A stretch of 48,306 bases of DNA, from NCBI GenBank assembly GCA_036337435.1, contig JAYZEG010000064.1, forward strand, positions 1 to 48,306, read 5' to 3'. The translations under genes and the position numbers were made by a program. The DNA comes from Myxococcota bacterium. GTDB taxonomy: Bacteria > Myxococcota_A > Bradymonadia > UBA7976 > UBA1532. A model generated the notes under the pieces. It ran no database searches and was not told where the DNA came from. It worked only from the letters and a program-made list of their open reading frames with translations. Of the stretch, positions 36,320 through 45,726 are shown one piece after another; positions within the stretch are counted from its first letter, which is position 1, and every line of letters starts with the position of its first letter.

Positions 36320-38287
36320 ATGGCTGACCCATCAACACCTAGATTTTGCCTACTGGCACTCCTGGCGGTTTTCACAGCGTGCAATGACCATCCCGTCCAA
36401 GCATTGGAGGGGGTAATTACTGCGGTGAATAGGCAAGCAAATGAACTTCCGGCAAAGACTAAAATCGATTTCTTGTTTGTCATCGATACATCGAGTTCCA
36501 TGTGCCAAGAGCAAGAGAATCTGAGTCAGAACTTCTCAGCCTTCTCAGATTTTCTCTTCAATGAGCTCGGGGCATCCGCGGACTATCGGATCGCGGTTAC
36601 CAATATGGACACCGATGAAGGTAAAGCCAGGGGACGCTTTCTCGTAGACCCAGCTCCATTCGCCCCTGACATTAACTGTGCAGGTATTGATGGGGAGCAA
36701 TTCATTCCCAATACGGAAGATTGTCAGGCTCTTGTGGAGAACGGCTCGCTGCGTGCCGTGTTAAGATCGGACGAGGTTGGCAGCCAGCAAGAACTAGAAC
36801 GTTTATTCCGTTGCATGGCAACACTTGGCACGGGTGGTTCAGGTGTTGAGCGGGGTCTTGAAGCCATGCGTTTGGCCTTGTCCTGCAATGGACCCAACGC
36901 GGACAGGTTCGGTGCCTGTTGTATACCCGACCCAACGGATAATTCGGGCCGTCGTAAGGTATACAACCCGTCGTGTTCCCCCGACATAGCCGATTTTATC
37001 GAACCCGAATTCCTTAGGCCTGACGCGCTCCTGGTGGTTATTTTTGTATCCGATGAGAATGATTGCTCTTCCCCCTCCGAAAACGCAGAGGAAAGCACAC
37101 GGCCAATCTGTAAATACAATATTGTGGATCAAGATAATGACGGTACGCCCGATGGATACAACGACCGGAAACTCTGTGATGGCCTCACGCCATCGGAGTG
37201 TTATGCGCGGGACTGTGGGCAATATTCACCGGATGAGTGTCGTCGGAATCGCTGTCAGGTAGATACAGCTGCTAACCCGTATTATTGTGCTCACTTTCCA
37301 AGTGCGTTGACGGATGTGGTCGATTACGCTCGATTTCTTGAGAATCTGAAGGCCAACCCCTTGGAACAACTCGTCGTTGCGACCATCGTGGGACAGCGGG
37401 CCTATACTGAGACGGGTAGCGAAGTCTACTATCGCAACAACAGAATGCCCTTGGAACCAATGTGTACGCCTCAGGCCGGGCCGATCGCTGATATTCCAGC
37501 CAATTTGAGTCAAATCCAATCCGATCAATGTTGTCCAGGTGGCCGTTGTGAAGGTGCTGTGCAACCATCATGCTATACGATGGGCAATGGAATTGCCTAT
37601 TCAGGCCGCCGCTATTTAGAATTGTCGGAAGCCTTTGGGAATAACGGAATCGGGTGCCCTGAGCTGACTATTGACTCAACGACACCCACCCAACAGGCCG
37701 CGTGTGAAAATCTCACCCGAGACGCCGAATGTAGCTGGTTTGAAGACGATGGGATGAACCAAAATACTGGAAAGTGTCGGCCGATTCAGGGCGATGGACG
37801 CCTCGCGTGCTCGGAATGCCTGAGCATCTGTGAAGACAGCTTTGCGAGACCGCTCCAAGCCATCAAATCAAAAGTTGCGGAAATTTTAGCAACCTATTGT
37901 TTAGATAAAACCCCGTCTTGCGTCGTCGTCGATGGCCAGGAACGTCGCTATTGCAGCACCCCAGACGAGCTCGTCAATCCCAACAATTACCGAAGTAGTA
38001 TTCTAGTGAGAAGTCAGTGTTTGCTGACGGAGGCCCAAGGCGGTCGTTGTGAGGAGGTTCAGCAGCCGAGAACACTCAATCCCGATGAATGGTCCATTGA
38101 ATTGGGCGTTGATGAATGTGCGGGCGGCGCATTGGTGCGGTTAAACGATCCGCCGCCGGCTGGTGCTGAAATTTTCGTCGAGTTCTTTGTGCAGGTTAAT
38201 GAAAACAGCGGTGCAACTGAGCCGAGTGCTGAAAATCCAAGCCCGACCAACGATGCAGCACTGCCTGTGCCGGATGTTGGTCCTTGA
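36320..38287 (+). CDS. Cys-rich vWA-like lipoprotein
   Basis: Lipobox VFTAC from ATG 36320; KIDFLFVIDTSSSM (MIDAS DxSxS), RIAVTN, GTGGSGVERGLEA, VIFVSDENDCS. Confidence 0.8.
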   Translation: MADPSTPRFCLLALLAVFTACNDHPVQALEGVITAVNRQANELPAKTKIDFLFVIDTSSSMCQEQENLSQNFSAFSDFLFNELGASADYRIAVTNMDTDEGKARGRFLVDPAPFAPDINCAGIDGEQFIPNTEDCQALVENGSLRAVLRSDEVGSQQELERLFRCMATLGTGGSGVERGLEAMRLALSCNGPNADRFGACCIPDPTDNSGRRKVYNPSCSPDIADFIEPEFLRPDALLVVIFVSDENDCSSPSENAEESTRPICKYNIVDQDNDGTPDGYNDRKLCDGLTPSECYARDCGQYSPDECRRNRCQVDTAANPYYCAHFPSALTDVVDYARFLENLKANPLEQLVVATIVGQRAYTETGSEVYYRNNRMPLEPMCTPQAGPIADIPANLSQIQSDQCCPGGRCEGAVQPSCYTMGNGIAYSGRRYLELSEAFGNNGIGCPELTIDSTTPTQQAACENLTRDAECSWFEDDGMNQNTGKCRPIQGDGRLACSECLSICEDSFARPLQAIKSKVAEILATYCLDKTPSCVVVDGQERRYCSTPDELVNPNNYRSSILVRSQCLLTEAQGGRCEEVQQPRTLNPDEWSIELGVDECAGGALVRLNDPPPAGAEIFVEFFVQVNENSGATEPSAENPSPTNDAALPVPDVGP

Positions 38288-38317
38288 GGTGCCATAGTGC
38301 GAGATGGATAGCTAGCG

Positions 38318-39205
38318 ATGCGTAAACCCTTTTCTCAATATGGCCCCGATGGTGACCAAGAGTCCGTTGCGCCCGTCGTTTCGGAAGTACGGGACGAACT
38401 CAACAATATTCGTAACCTCACCATAAAAACGGAGCACCAACTGAAGCTCGTGAGCAACGAGGTCAAAGCCGTTGCTAATTTTCGGGTTCAGAGTCGCCTA
38501 TCACGATTTCTGTCCAGCGGGATCGCATATTTGCTCTTCTCTCTGATGATCGGGTCGGGTGCATGGCTTTATGTTCAAGCGAAGCTTGAGACGGGACGGA
38601 AACAGGGTGCTCTTTTTGAACAGAAAGAGCGGAGCTATCAGCGCGAGGCGGCTGAATTGCGTGGCCAATTGGGGCAGTGGCGACAGATCGAAAGAGAGCT
38701 TCTGGAGTTCGAGAATCTTGTCAATAAAGGGCGTAAGGAAGAGGCTGTGGAGAAATTCGCGGCACTTATCAATGTTCGCTTCAGAGGCTTGCTCGAAAAG
38801 CTGGTCGCCTCCTATCGTAAAGAGGTTGCAGCTGACAAATACAAGCAGGGCCGAATCTTGTTCGAGAAGGGGAGCTTTGATCGCGCCGACGCGCTCCTTG
38901 TTAAGTCGTTAGAGTTTGATCCCAAACCAAAGTACTTCGGGAACCTGCTGTATTACCAAGGTATGTCGGGCTTGCGCCTGAAAGATTTTTCACGGGCAGC
39001 ACGGCTCTTGCGCCGTGCCCTCGAGCAGCGGATGGACCGTCGATTGGTTGCTGATGCTCGATATCATCTTGCCTATGCACACGACAAAATGGGCGAACGT
39101 CGAACTGCAAAGAATCTGTATTTCCGCTTTTACAACACGTATCAAAAGCACCGTTTTCATAAACGGGCGAAGCAACGTTTTAAACGGTTAAAAAAGAAAA
39201 GGTAA
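38318..39205 (+). CDS. membrane-anchored coiled-coil/TPR protein
   Basis: One TM (IAYLLFSLMIGSGAWLYV), coiled coil, TPR helices (ARYHLAYAHDKMGE..AKNLY). Confidence 0.7.
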   Translation: MRKPFSQYGPDGDQESVAPVVSEVRDELNNIRNLTIKTEHQLKLVSNEVKAVANFRVQSRLSRFLSSGIAYLLFSLMIGSGAWLYVQAKLETGRKQGALFEQKERSYQREAAELRGQLGQWRQIERELLEFENLVNKGRKEEAVEKFAALINVRFRGLLEKLVASYRKEVAADKYKQGRILFEKGSFDRADALLVKSLEFDPKPKYFGNLLYYQGMSGLRLKDFSRAARLLRRALEQRMDRRLVADARYHLAYAHDKMGERRTAKNLYFRFYNTYQKHRFHKRAKQRFKRLKKKR

Positions 39206-39210
39206 GCGGT

Positions 39211-39702
39211 CTAGCGACCGTTGTCGTTTTTCCAATCTTCAATTTTTCTGGACGCCTTGTGGCCCAGTTTAAAGTAGGCGCGGAATGCGTTGTCGTACGC
39301 GAGATGTATGCGCTCAATATTCTTGGCGTATTTTAAAGCTGGCTTCATCCCTGCTGATGTTTTGAGGCGGCAATGCAAAGTGAGAGACGTCAGCGTTGCG
39401 CGCCATTGTTCTGACCAGTCGTTCCAAGAGCGCACTGCTGTTTTTTCATGAGCTGTATCAAATTGCTGTCGTGCGTGACGATGAAGTTGGGCCAAAAGCG
39501 CATCTAAGTCTCGTAGGCATTTCTGTCCATCGGCGTCATTGAGTGTCAACGATGACGGGGTGGAGGGCGTTGTGCCATCCTGTGTCGCGAAGGCACCGAT
39601 GGTGGCGGAGTAGGCAATGATCACAAAAAAAGCGAAACAGAGCGAATAGTGAAAATAAGTGAAGATACGTCTGAAAAACGACGGTAGGTCGTCCGCTCTC
39701 AT
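39211..39702 (-). CDS. hypothetical membrane-anchored protein
   Basis: N-terminal TM, helical remainder; start overlaps the sspB stop (ATGA). Confidence 0.6.
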   Translation of the reverse strand: MRADDLPSFFRRIFTYFHYSLCFAFFVIIAYSATIGAFATQDGTTPSTPSSLTLNDADGQKCLRDLDALLAQLHRHARQQFDTAHEKTAVRSWNDWSEQWRATLTSLTLHCRLKTSAGMKPALKYAKNIERIHLAYDNAFRAYFKLGHKASRKIEDWKNDNGR

Positions 39703-40166
39703 TTGATGAGCCTGAGATGGGTAGGTGCTGATGGCACGTCGTTCTTTTTGGATGCTGTTGCGGTTGAGGGAACGGACGGCTCATCGGGCACTTTTGACTC
39801 GGCCTCTGCAGTCTCCGTTTCATAGTCAGCTGTGAGCTCAACGGGCACATCGTCAGGAAATAAAAGGTGCTTCCCCTCGGTCTGACTCACGACTGCATAA
39901 ATTGCGTTGTACGGGAGAACGCACAAATGTCGTATGCCGCCAAAGGACAAATTAGCCCGAATGGCGAAGGCACCCAAATCAAAGGTGTCGAGGTTGAAGG
40001 CGTGGCTGAGGTTTAACGTGAGTGCTGCCGACGCTTTGTGAGCGTCCGGGACATCGACACCCTCTCGGCGAGGATCGAGTTGTACGGTGACCATCCCGCA
40101 GTCTAAAAGTTCCATCAATAGACGCCGTTTACTTAATTCTGCCTCAGTGGGAAAACGCTCGACCAT
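39699..40166 (-). CDS. sspB: ClpXP adaptor SspB (stringent starvation protein B)
   Basis: LDPRREGVDVP, LTLNLS, LSFGG....VLPYNAIYAV, acidic flexible tail ending HLRLIK (ClpX-binding motif-like). Confidence 0.88.
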   Translation of the reverse strand: MVERFPTEAELSKRRLLMELLDCGMVTVQLDPRREGVDVPDAHKASAALTLNLSHAFNLDTFDLGAFAIRANLSFGGIRHLCVLPYNAIYAVVSQTEGKHLLFPDDVPVELTADYETETAEAESKVPDEPSVPSTATASKKNDVPSAPTHLRLIK

Positions 40167-40276
40167 TGCTCACACCTCTCTCGATCTGCTCACGACCGTT
40201 TAGATACAACACGAAATAGGCGAAAACGCAATCTCTGGCGGTTCTAGCATCGACGTTCAGTCCCGCGTGGGTTAGA

Positions 40277-42196
40277 TTGAACTTAGGGTTCGATTGTGGA
40301 TGTATAAGATTGGGCAAAGCGTCGCTGCTGTTAAAATGTTTACTGACGAGCTTCCTCTGTGTCCTCTTGTCTCCGTCCGCATATTCGGCGCGTACCCTGT
40401 CTGCGCCAACCAGCGATGGCGAATCCCTTGAGCATCTTTGGCGGCCTGTTTTGTCGTCGGACACCGAACTTACAGACAGTCGACTTGACGCGCTGATTAA
40501 CGCCAGCCTCGACATTATGCTTGAGACGGGTATTAGTCGGCATAGGGGTGTGGGGAATGCATTGCTTTGGCGAGTGAATTCACTCAGGCGCGCTGGTCAG
40601 TTCGAGCAGGCCGCTGCATTGATTAAAGCGGTGAATACGGTGATCCCTGGGACGCCGGAACTCTACAGGGCCAGTGCGCAATTGAGTCGGTCTGCGAAGC
40701 CTTGGGCGATTCATCACTGGGGCCGTCTCGAGATCAATCGTCTTGTCGCGATGCTTGATAATGCAGGCGGCCGATTAGGCGCGTTGCGGTCACTACTCCT
40801 TTTCATCGGAGGGAGCCTTGGCCTGTTTTTTCTATGTTTCTTGCTCGGCCAGTTATTTCGATACGGACTGAGTATTTTTTTCGGCCTGGCGACGAGTATT
40901 CCGGGTGCTTACCGGCTCGTTTCCTTAGGTGTTTGGGGCACTTTATTCTACACTTTAGGGACGCAGGTGACCGGCGGAATCTTAGCGATCGGGTTCTTCC
41001 TTATTGGACTCTTGACGCTTTATCAGGACCAGTTTGAGCGTCGTCTTCTTTTATTCGGCTTAGCCTATGTCGCCTGTTTGCCCAGTCTATTGGGTGGTGC
41101 GCTGAGGTCTCTAGATGAGATTCGCGTTGACATCCGGCAGCTCAGTGATTTGCAAGAGAACCCTTATCTGCTTTTGTCCGGACCCCAGTGGGAAAGGTCA
41201 GTCGATGCTCAGGGGAGCGACTTGGCGCAGCTGGTTTTGGCTTTAGCGCAAAAACGGAAAGGGCTGGTTGACAGACCACTCCAAAGACTGTCGCCGGATA
41301 TGCTTGGGGCCATCGAGAATGATGCTCTAAAGGGAGCTGGCTGGAATTTGCGAGGCAACCTGCTGATCGCAAATGAACAGTATGCTCAGGCGAAGAAGGC
41401 CTATCTGAAAGCGCGTGCTTACTTACCTGATAGCGCAGTGCCTAGTTTCAACCTGAGCAGATTGGCGAACCTCAGAAATCAAGAGGCGTCTGCGCGCAAG
41501 CATTTGGCGGACGCTGCGGATATTGATGCTCAACAAGTTGCCCTCTGGTCAGGACGCGATGGGATGGGAATGAACCGCTATGTCGTCGATGTGGAGCCCC
41601 AACCGAGAGCGTTGACCTGGGCAAATGTGGGCCATGTCTTAGCTGCTGCTTTCGATTTGAAGGCGTTGAGGCACCCGGCTCTCTCCCATGTCGCGATTTT
41701 GGCGGTGTTTAGTCTTTTTGGCTGTTTGCTCATGATGCGTGTCCGCGATCGCTTGAGTTTGGTTGTTCCCTGTAGCCGATGCGGATGCAGAACCCCTATC
41801 GCGGCAGCTGAAGGTGACCATCGCGCCGCTGTCTGTGCGGACTGCACGCGGGTCTTTTTGCGAACCTCTCCGGTTGACCGGCGCATCAAGATTAAGAAAG
41901 AGCTGCAAGTCGCCCGTTTTGAAGCAGGGGTCCGTTTGGGTCGATTCTTGGTCTCTCTCTGTCTTCCTGGTGTGGCAGATGCAACGGGAGGTCGGTACAA
42001 GCGGCTTTTGGTCCACAGTGTGCTGTTAACAGCTGGGCTGTGGTCTCTGGCTGGAGCGATTTTGCCTGAGTATCTGGAATCAAGTTGGGTTGCCCCTTAC
42101 GAGTCGATGTCGGTCGGTCTGGGTCTAACCTTGGTGGGCTGTTCTCTATTGATGTCGCTGCAATCAACTTTCAGACTCTCTCGGGGGTATGCATGA
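40277..42196 (+). CDS. polytopic membrane protein with TPRs and a CxxC...CxxC motif
   Basis: Several TM segments; TPR (WNLRGNLLIANEQYAQAKKAYLKA); PCSRCG...VCADC; start uncertain. Confidence 0.7.
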   Translation: MNLGFDCGCIRLGKASLLLKCLLTSFLCVLLSPSAYSARTLSAPTSDGESLEHLWRPVLSSDTELTDSRLDALINASLDIMLETGISRHRGVGNALLWRVNSLRRAGQFEQAAALIKAVNTVIPGTPELYRASAQLSRSAKPWAIHHWGRLEINRLVAMLDNAGGRLGALRSLLLFIGGSLGLFFLCFLLGQLFRYGLSIFFGLATSIPGAYRLVSLGVWGTLFYTLGTQVTGGILAIGFFLIGLLTLYQDQFERRLLLFGLAYVACLPSLLGGALRSLDEIRVDIRQLSDLQENPYLLLSGPQWERSVDAQGSDLAQLVLALAQKRKGLVDRPLQRLSPDMLGAIENDALKGAGWNLRGNLLIANEQYAQAKKAYLKARAYLPDSAVPSFNLSRLANLRNQEASARKHLADAADIDAQQVALWSGRDGMGMNRYVVDVEPQPRALTWANVGHVLAAAFDLKALRHPALSHVAILAVFSLFGCLLMMRVRDRLSLVVPCSRCGCRTPIAAAEGDHRAAVCADCTRVFLRTSPVDRRIKIKKELQVARFEAGVRLGRFLVSLCLPGVADATGGRYKRLLVHSVLLTAGLWSLAGAILPEYLESSWVAPYESMSVGLGLTLVGCSLLMSLQSTFRLSRGYA

Positions 42197-43293
42197 TCTC
42201 AGGGCGGCTTGGGCAAGCTGGTGTGGGCGGTGTACTCCAGGAATGCTCGCGCGTGCGCCTCGACGGTGCGATTCGTTTTTGGTCGAGCGAACGGCGTGGC
42301 GGCATTACCCTATCGTTTAACGATGGCCGTCTGGTCGATGCCCGACCGGATAAGCGGGCTGTTGAGCAATTAATGGGTGAGCGTTTGGTCCGTGAGGGTA
42401 CGCTCAGCAGGCCGTTTTTAAAGCGGGCTTTGTGTGTTCACAAAAAGACACAAAAACGGCTCGGTGACGTACTGGCTGAATTGGGGCTCGTCGATCCTAG
42501 TCGGGTCCAAAGAACCATCGATATTCAATGCCAAGATACACTCTACGAACTTTTTGAATGGCAAACGGGCGAGTATGAACAGCTCCCCCTAGACCAGCCT
42601 ATTGCAAAGACGATGAGTCGTATGAGCATGGATTCCATCCTGGCCGAGGGGTTTCGGCGATTGGAAGAGTGGCCGGTGATCCGGGCGCGTTTGTCCAATT
42701 ACAAAGTCGTATTTGAACAGGTCGCCTCGGCACAGGACAAAAATGAGCATCTCCAGTTGAACGAGGCCCAGCGCAGCTTGTTATCATTGGTTGATGGACG
42801 TCGGACGGTTTTTCAACTAATCCAGCGATCCGGGTTAGGTGAGTTCTCGGCTGTTAAGGCATTAGCCTCATTGATGAGCCGCGGCCTCATCAAGATCAAG
42901 AAAGGCAAGGCCTTTTCCGATGACCCGATGGGCCACCAAAAAGAGAGTTTTGGGGTCGTTTTCAGGAGGCTGTTCTGGAATCTGAGCCTCGTCGGATGCG
43001 TGCTCGTCGTGCTTGTGTCTGACGGCAATTGGTTTGGGACCGAACAGCAGGCTCTGGAGAGCCCAAGAGTTAACCTTGTTGACCCGGTGCTCGTTGGCCT
43101 TGAATTAGCAGAATTTGTCGAGACCTATCGAGCTCTTAAGGAAAGCTATCCTGACGATCTCGACGCGCTCACGAACGTGCAGCTTTTTTTGCCGGATCGT
43201 GTCGCTGCGGCAAGAGAGCTTGGCATCGAACTAATCAGTATCGGCTCGGACTATGAAATCCGAGTACGAAAGGAAGATGGTCATGTCCGATAA
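42193..43293 (+). CDS. DUF4388-domain protein with MshEN-like repeat, TM and pseudopilin-like tail
   Basis: MISGRL.....GGVLQ, FNDGRLVDA, LYELFEWQTGEY, SILAEGFRRLEEW; ATG 42193 overlaps the previous stop (ATGA). Confidence 0.8.
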   Translation: MISGRLGQAGVGGVLQECSRVRLDGAIRFWSSERRGGITLSFNDGRLVDARPDKRAVEQLMGERLVREGTLSRPFLKRALCVHKKTQKRLGDVLAELGLVDPSRVQRTIDIQCQDTLYELFEWQTGEYEQLPLDQPIAKTMSRMSMDSILAEGFRRLEEWPVIRARLSNYKVVFEQVASAQDKNEHLQLNEAQRSLLSLVDGRRTVFQLIQRSGLGEFSAVKALASLMSRGLIKIKKGKAFSDDPMGHQKESFGVVFRRLFWNLSLVGCVLVVLVSDGNWFGTEQQALESPRVNLVDPVLVGLELAEFVETYRALKESYPDDLDALTNVQLFLPDRVAAARELGIELISIGSDYEIRVRKEDGHVR

Positions 43294-44260
43294 TGACTCG
43301 ATAATGACACAAATCGATGTCCCTGAAGGGGCTTTGGTTCTGGCTCCTTTGTTTGGTCCACAGGATCAGAATCGACGATTGCTTGAGCGACGGCTGCGCG
43401 TAAAAATTGGCGGTCGCGGGAATCGTGTGACCGTAAAGGGAGCCAAACAGGAGCGCGCCTTCGCTGAGCGTGTCATCATTCAATTGCTTGGTCGAATCAG
43501 AGCAGGCAGCACAGTCTTTTTACACGATATTGACCAAGCGATTGGCGTCTCGGAGTCTGAGCGAACCGATGAAACCTTTCTAGAAGGCCCAGGTCAGTCC
43601 GTGCTCGAGGTCGGCGTGGGCAAAGTTGCGCCCAAAAGCCACAATCAAAGAGCCTATCTCAATGCGCTCGCTGAGCATGATCTGGTCTTTGCGACCGGGC
43701 CTGCCGGGACAGGCAAGACGTATTTGGCTATGGCCGCTGCCGTCTCCGCGTTGAAGAGGCGGGAAGTCGAGCGGATTGTATTGGCCCGGCCGGCGGTCGA
43801 AGCGGGTGAACGTTTGGGCTTTTTGCCCGGTGGATTAGCTGAAAAGGTGAATCCCTATTTGAGGCCTCTCCACGATGCGTTATTCGATTTGATGGGCCTG
43901 GACGCGGGGGCAAAACTCATTGAAAATGGGGTTGCCGAAGTCGCCCCGCTTGCCTTCATGCGTGGGCGCACCCTCAATCGGTCATTTGTGATTCTCGACG
44001 AGGCCCAGAACACCACGCGAGAGCAGATGAAGATGTTTTTGACTCGGCTCGGATATGGATCCCGTGCCGTTGTGACAGGTGATGTGACGCAGATTGATCT
44101 GGATGGTGGCCAACGCAGTGGTCTCGTCCACGTTCTGACGCTGCTCCGGAACCTATCTGGCGTAGCCTTTGTTGAATTGGAAGCCCAGGATGTGGTGCGC
44201 CATGGTTTGGTCCGAGCAATCGTTCAGGCCTATGACCAGGAAACGAAGAGCTCAGGTTGA
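43283..44260 (+). CDS. phoH: PhoH-family ATPase
   Basis: GPAGTGKTYLA, RPAVEAGERLGFLPG, PLAFMRGRTL, LDEAQN, GDVTQIDL, DVVRH. Confidence 0.95.
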   Translation: MSDNDSIMTQIDVPEGALVLAPLFGPQDQNRRLLERRLRVKIGGRGNRVTVKGAKQERAFAERVIIQLLGRIRAGSTVFLHDIDQAIGVSESERTDETFLEGPGQSVLEVGVGKVAPKSHNQRAYLNALAEHDLVFATGPAGTGKTYLAMAAAVSALKRREVERIVLARPAVEAGERLGFLPGGLAEKVNPYLRPLHDALFDLMGLDAGAKLIENGVAEVAPLAFMRGRTLNRSFVILDEAQNTTREQMKMFLTRLGYGSRAVVTGDVTQIDLDGGQRSGLVHVLTLLRNLSGVAFVELEAQDVVRHGLVRAIVQAYDQETKSSG

Positions 44261-44261
44261 G

Positions 44262-44783
44262 ATGATATCGATTACAACCCGGAAGGCTGTTCGGTCTATA
44301 TGCAGCCCTGACTTTGTTCGCCGACGCGCCACTCGCTGTCTTACGCTGGTCGGTTTTGCAGAGGCTCAATTATCGATTCTACTGACATCGGATATTGAAA
44401 TCAGGGAGTTGAATCGGTCTTATCGCCAAATAGACAAGCCCACTGACGTATTGTCATTTCCGCAATTCGTAGGGACGCCTGTCCGTGAAATCCCACGGTC
44501 TGGGCTTCTTGGCGATGTGATTATTAGTCTTGATACCGCGCTACGGCAGGCTCGAGGGGGTCCATTGCCTCGGATAGCTGCAGCACTGAATTGGGGTCGA
44601 CCGCTTGACGGCTGGTCGGTACGGGACGAGGTGAGCTTCCTTTTGCTCCATGGTGTTTTGCACCTCCTGGGTTTTGACCATTTGAATGATAAGGATGCTT
44701 TGGTCATGGAAGGTCTGGAGGCTCAGCTGTGCCCGATGCTCCTCAGTCGAAAGCGGATCGGGAAGCCTATCGATTTCGATTGA
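44262..44783 (+). CDS. ybeY: rRNA maturation endoribonuclease YbeY
   Basis: LNRSYRQIDKPTDVLSFP, LGDVIIS, HGVLHLLGFDH; start moved to ATG 44262. Confidence 0.93.
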   Translation: MISITTRKAVRSICSPDFVRRRATRCLTLVGFAEAQLSILLTSDIEIRELNRSYRQIDKPTDVLSFPQFVGTPVREIPRSGLLGDVIISLDTALRQARGGPLPRIAAALNWGRPLDGWSVRDEVSFLLLHGVLHLLGFDHLNDKDALVMEGLEAQLCPMLLSRKRIGKPIDFD

Positions 44784-44792
44784 ACTCGGAGC

Positions 44793-45215
44793 GTGATAAG
44801 GTCGCTCGAACGATTGATTGGTAATAAAATGGTGAAGCAGCGAAAAACACGAGTCCTGGTTTTAGATGACCAAGTGGATACAGCCGTGTTTATCGAAATC
44901 GCGCTGAGTGTTGCGGGCTACGAACCGGTCGTATGCACCGAATCGCCGGAGCGATTTTTCGACCAAACTTTTGATGTCGCGCTCATCGACCTGCTTCTGG
45001 CTGATGAACAAACAGGTGTCCCATTGATAAAAACGTTAACGGAGAAAGGGTTAAAGGTGATTGCTATGACCGGGTTGCCCGATGACTCGGACTTGGTCAG
45101 AGCGGCACAGGCTGCCGGGGCTTGCCTCGTGGTTCATAAGCCTTTCGATCTAGCCACGCTCAAAACCTACATAGGCTGTGCTCTGGACGGTACGCAACCG
45201 GCGATTCAGCCATGA
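44793..45215 (+). CDS. single-domain response regulator
   Basis: VLDD, LIDLLL, AMTG, HKPF; alternative ATG at 44829. Confidence 0.85.
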   Translation: MIRSLERLIGNKMVKQRKTRVLVLDDQVDTAVFIEIALSVAGYEPVVCTESPERFFDQTFDVALIDLLLADEQTGVPLIKTLTEKGLKVIAMTGLPDDSDLVRAAQAAGACLVVHKPFDLATLKTYIGCALDGTQPAIQP

Positions 45216-45613
45216 CAGAAGACGTTATGGTGCCATTGACGGATGAAACATTTGATGAGTTTCTCGGCGCAACCGATCGATTCGTATTGGTGGACTTCTG
45301 GGCCGAGTGGTGTGGTCCATGTAGAGCCATTGCGCCCATGCTTGAGTCGATGGCGACCGAGTATGAAGGTCGTGTTCATTTCTGTAAGGTCAACATCGAT
45401 ACGAATCGCGGACTGGCAGATGCATTTAAGATCCGCTCGATTCCAGCGGTTGTGTTGCTACAGCCGAACGCCGGCGGACCTGGTGCACGTGTCGTTGGAC
45501 ATGTGATCGGGGCGAAGGGGGCCAACGCCTATCGAGAGATGATTTCGAAAGCATTGGCACCGGATGAGGGATTCTTTAGGGTCCTTCTGCGGGGTTTTTT
45601 TGGCAGGAAATGA
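45212..45613 (+). CDS. thioredoxin
   Basis: LVDFWAEWCGPCR, KVNID, IRSIP. Confidence 0.93.
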   Translation: MTEDVMVPLTDETFDEFLGATDRFVLVDFWAEWCGPCRAIAPMLESMATEYEGRVHFCKVNIDTNRGLADAFKIRSIPAVVLLQPNAGGPGARVVGHVIGAKGANAYREMISKALAPDEGFFRVLLRGFFGRK

Positions 45614-45726
45614 GGTTCTGAAGACAGCTGTTGCGCCGAGGCATCAAATTAATAGATACTCCTGGTCCGGTTGGAGTTTTTAGGCAGCGTTGGCTTCGAA
45701 TCGTCAACGGGTTGTTCTAGTTTTAA

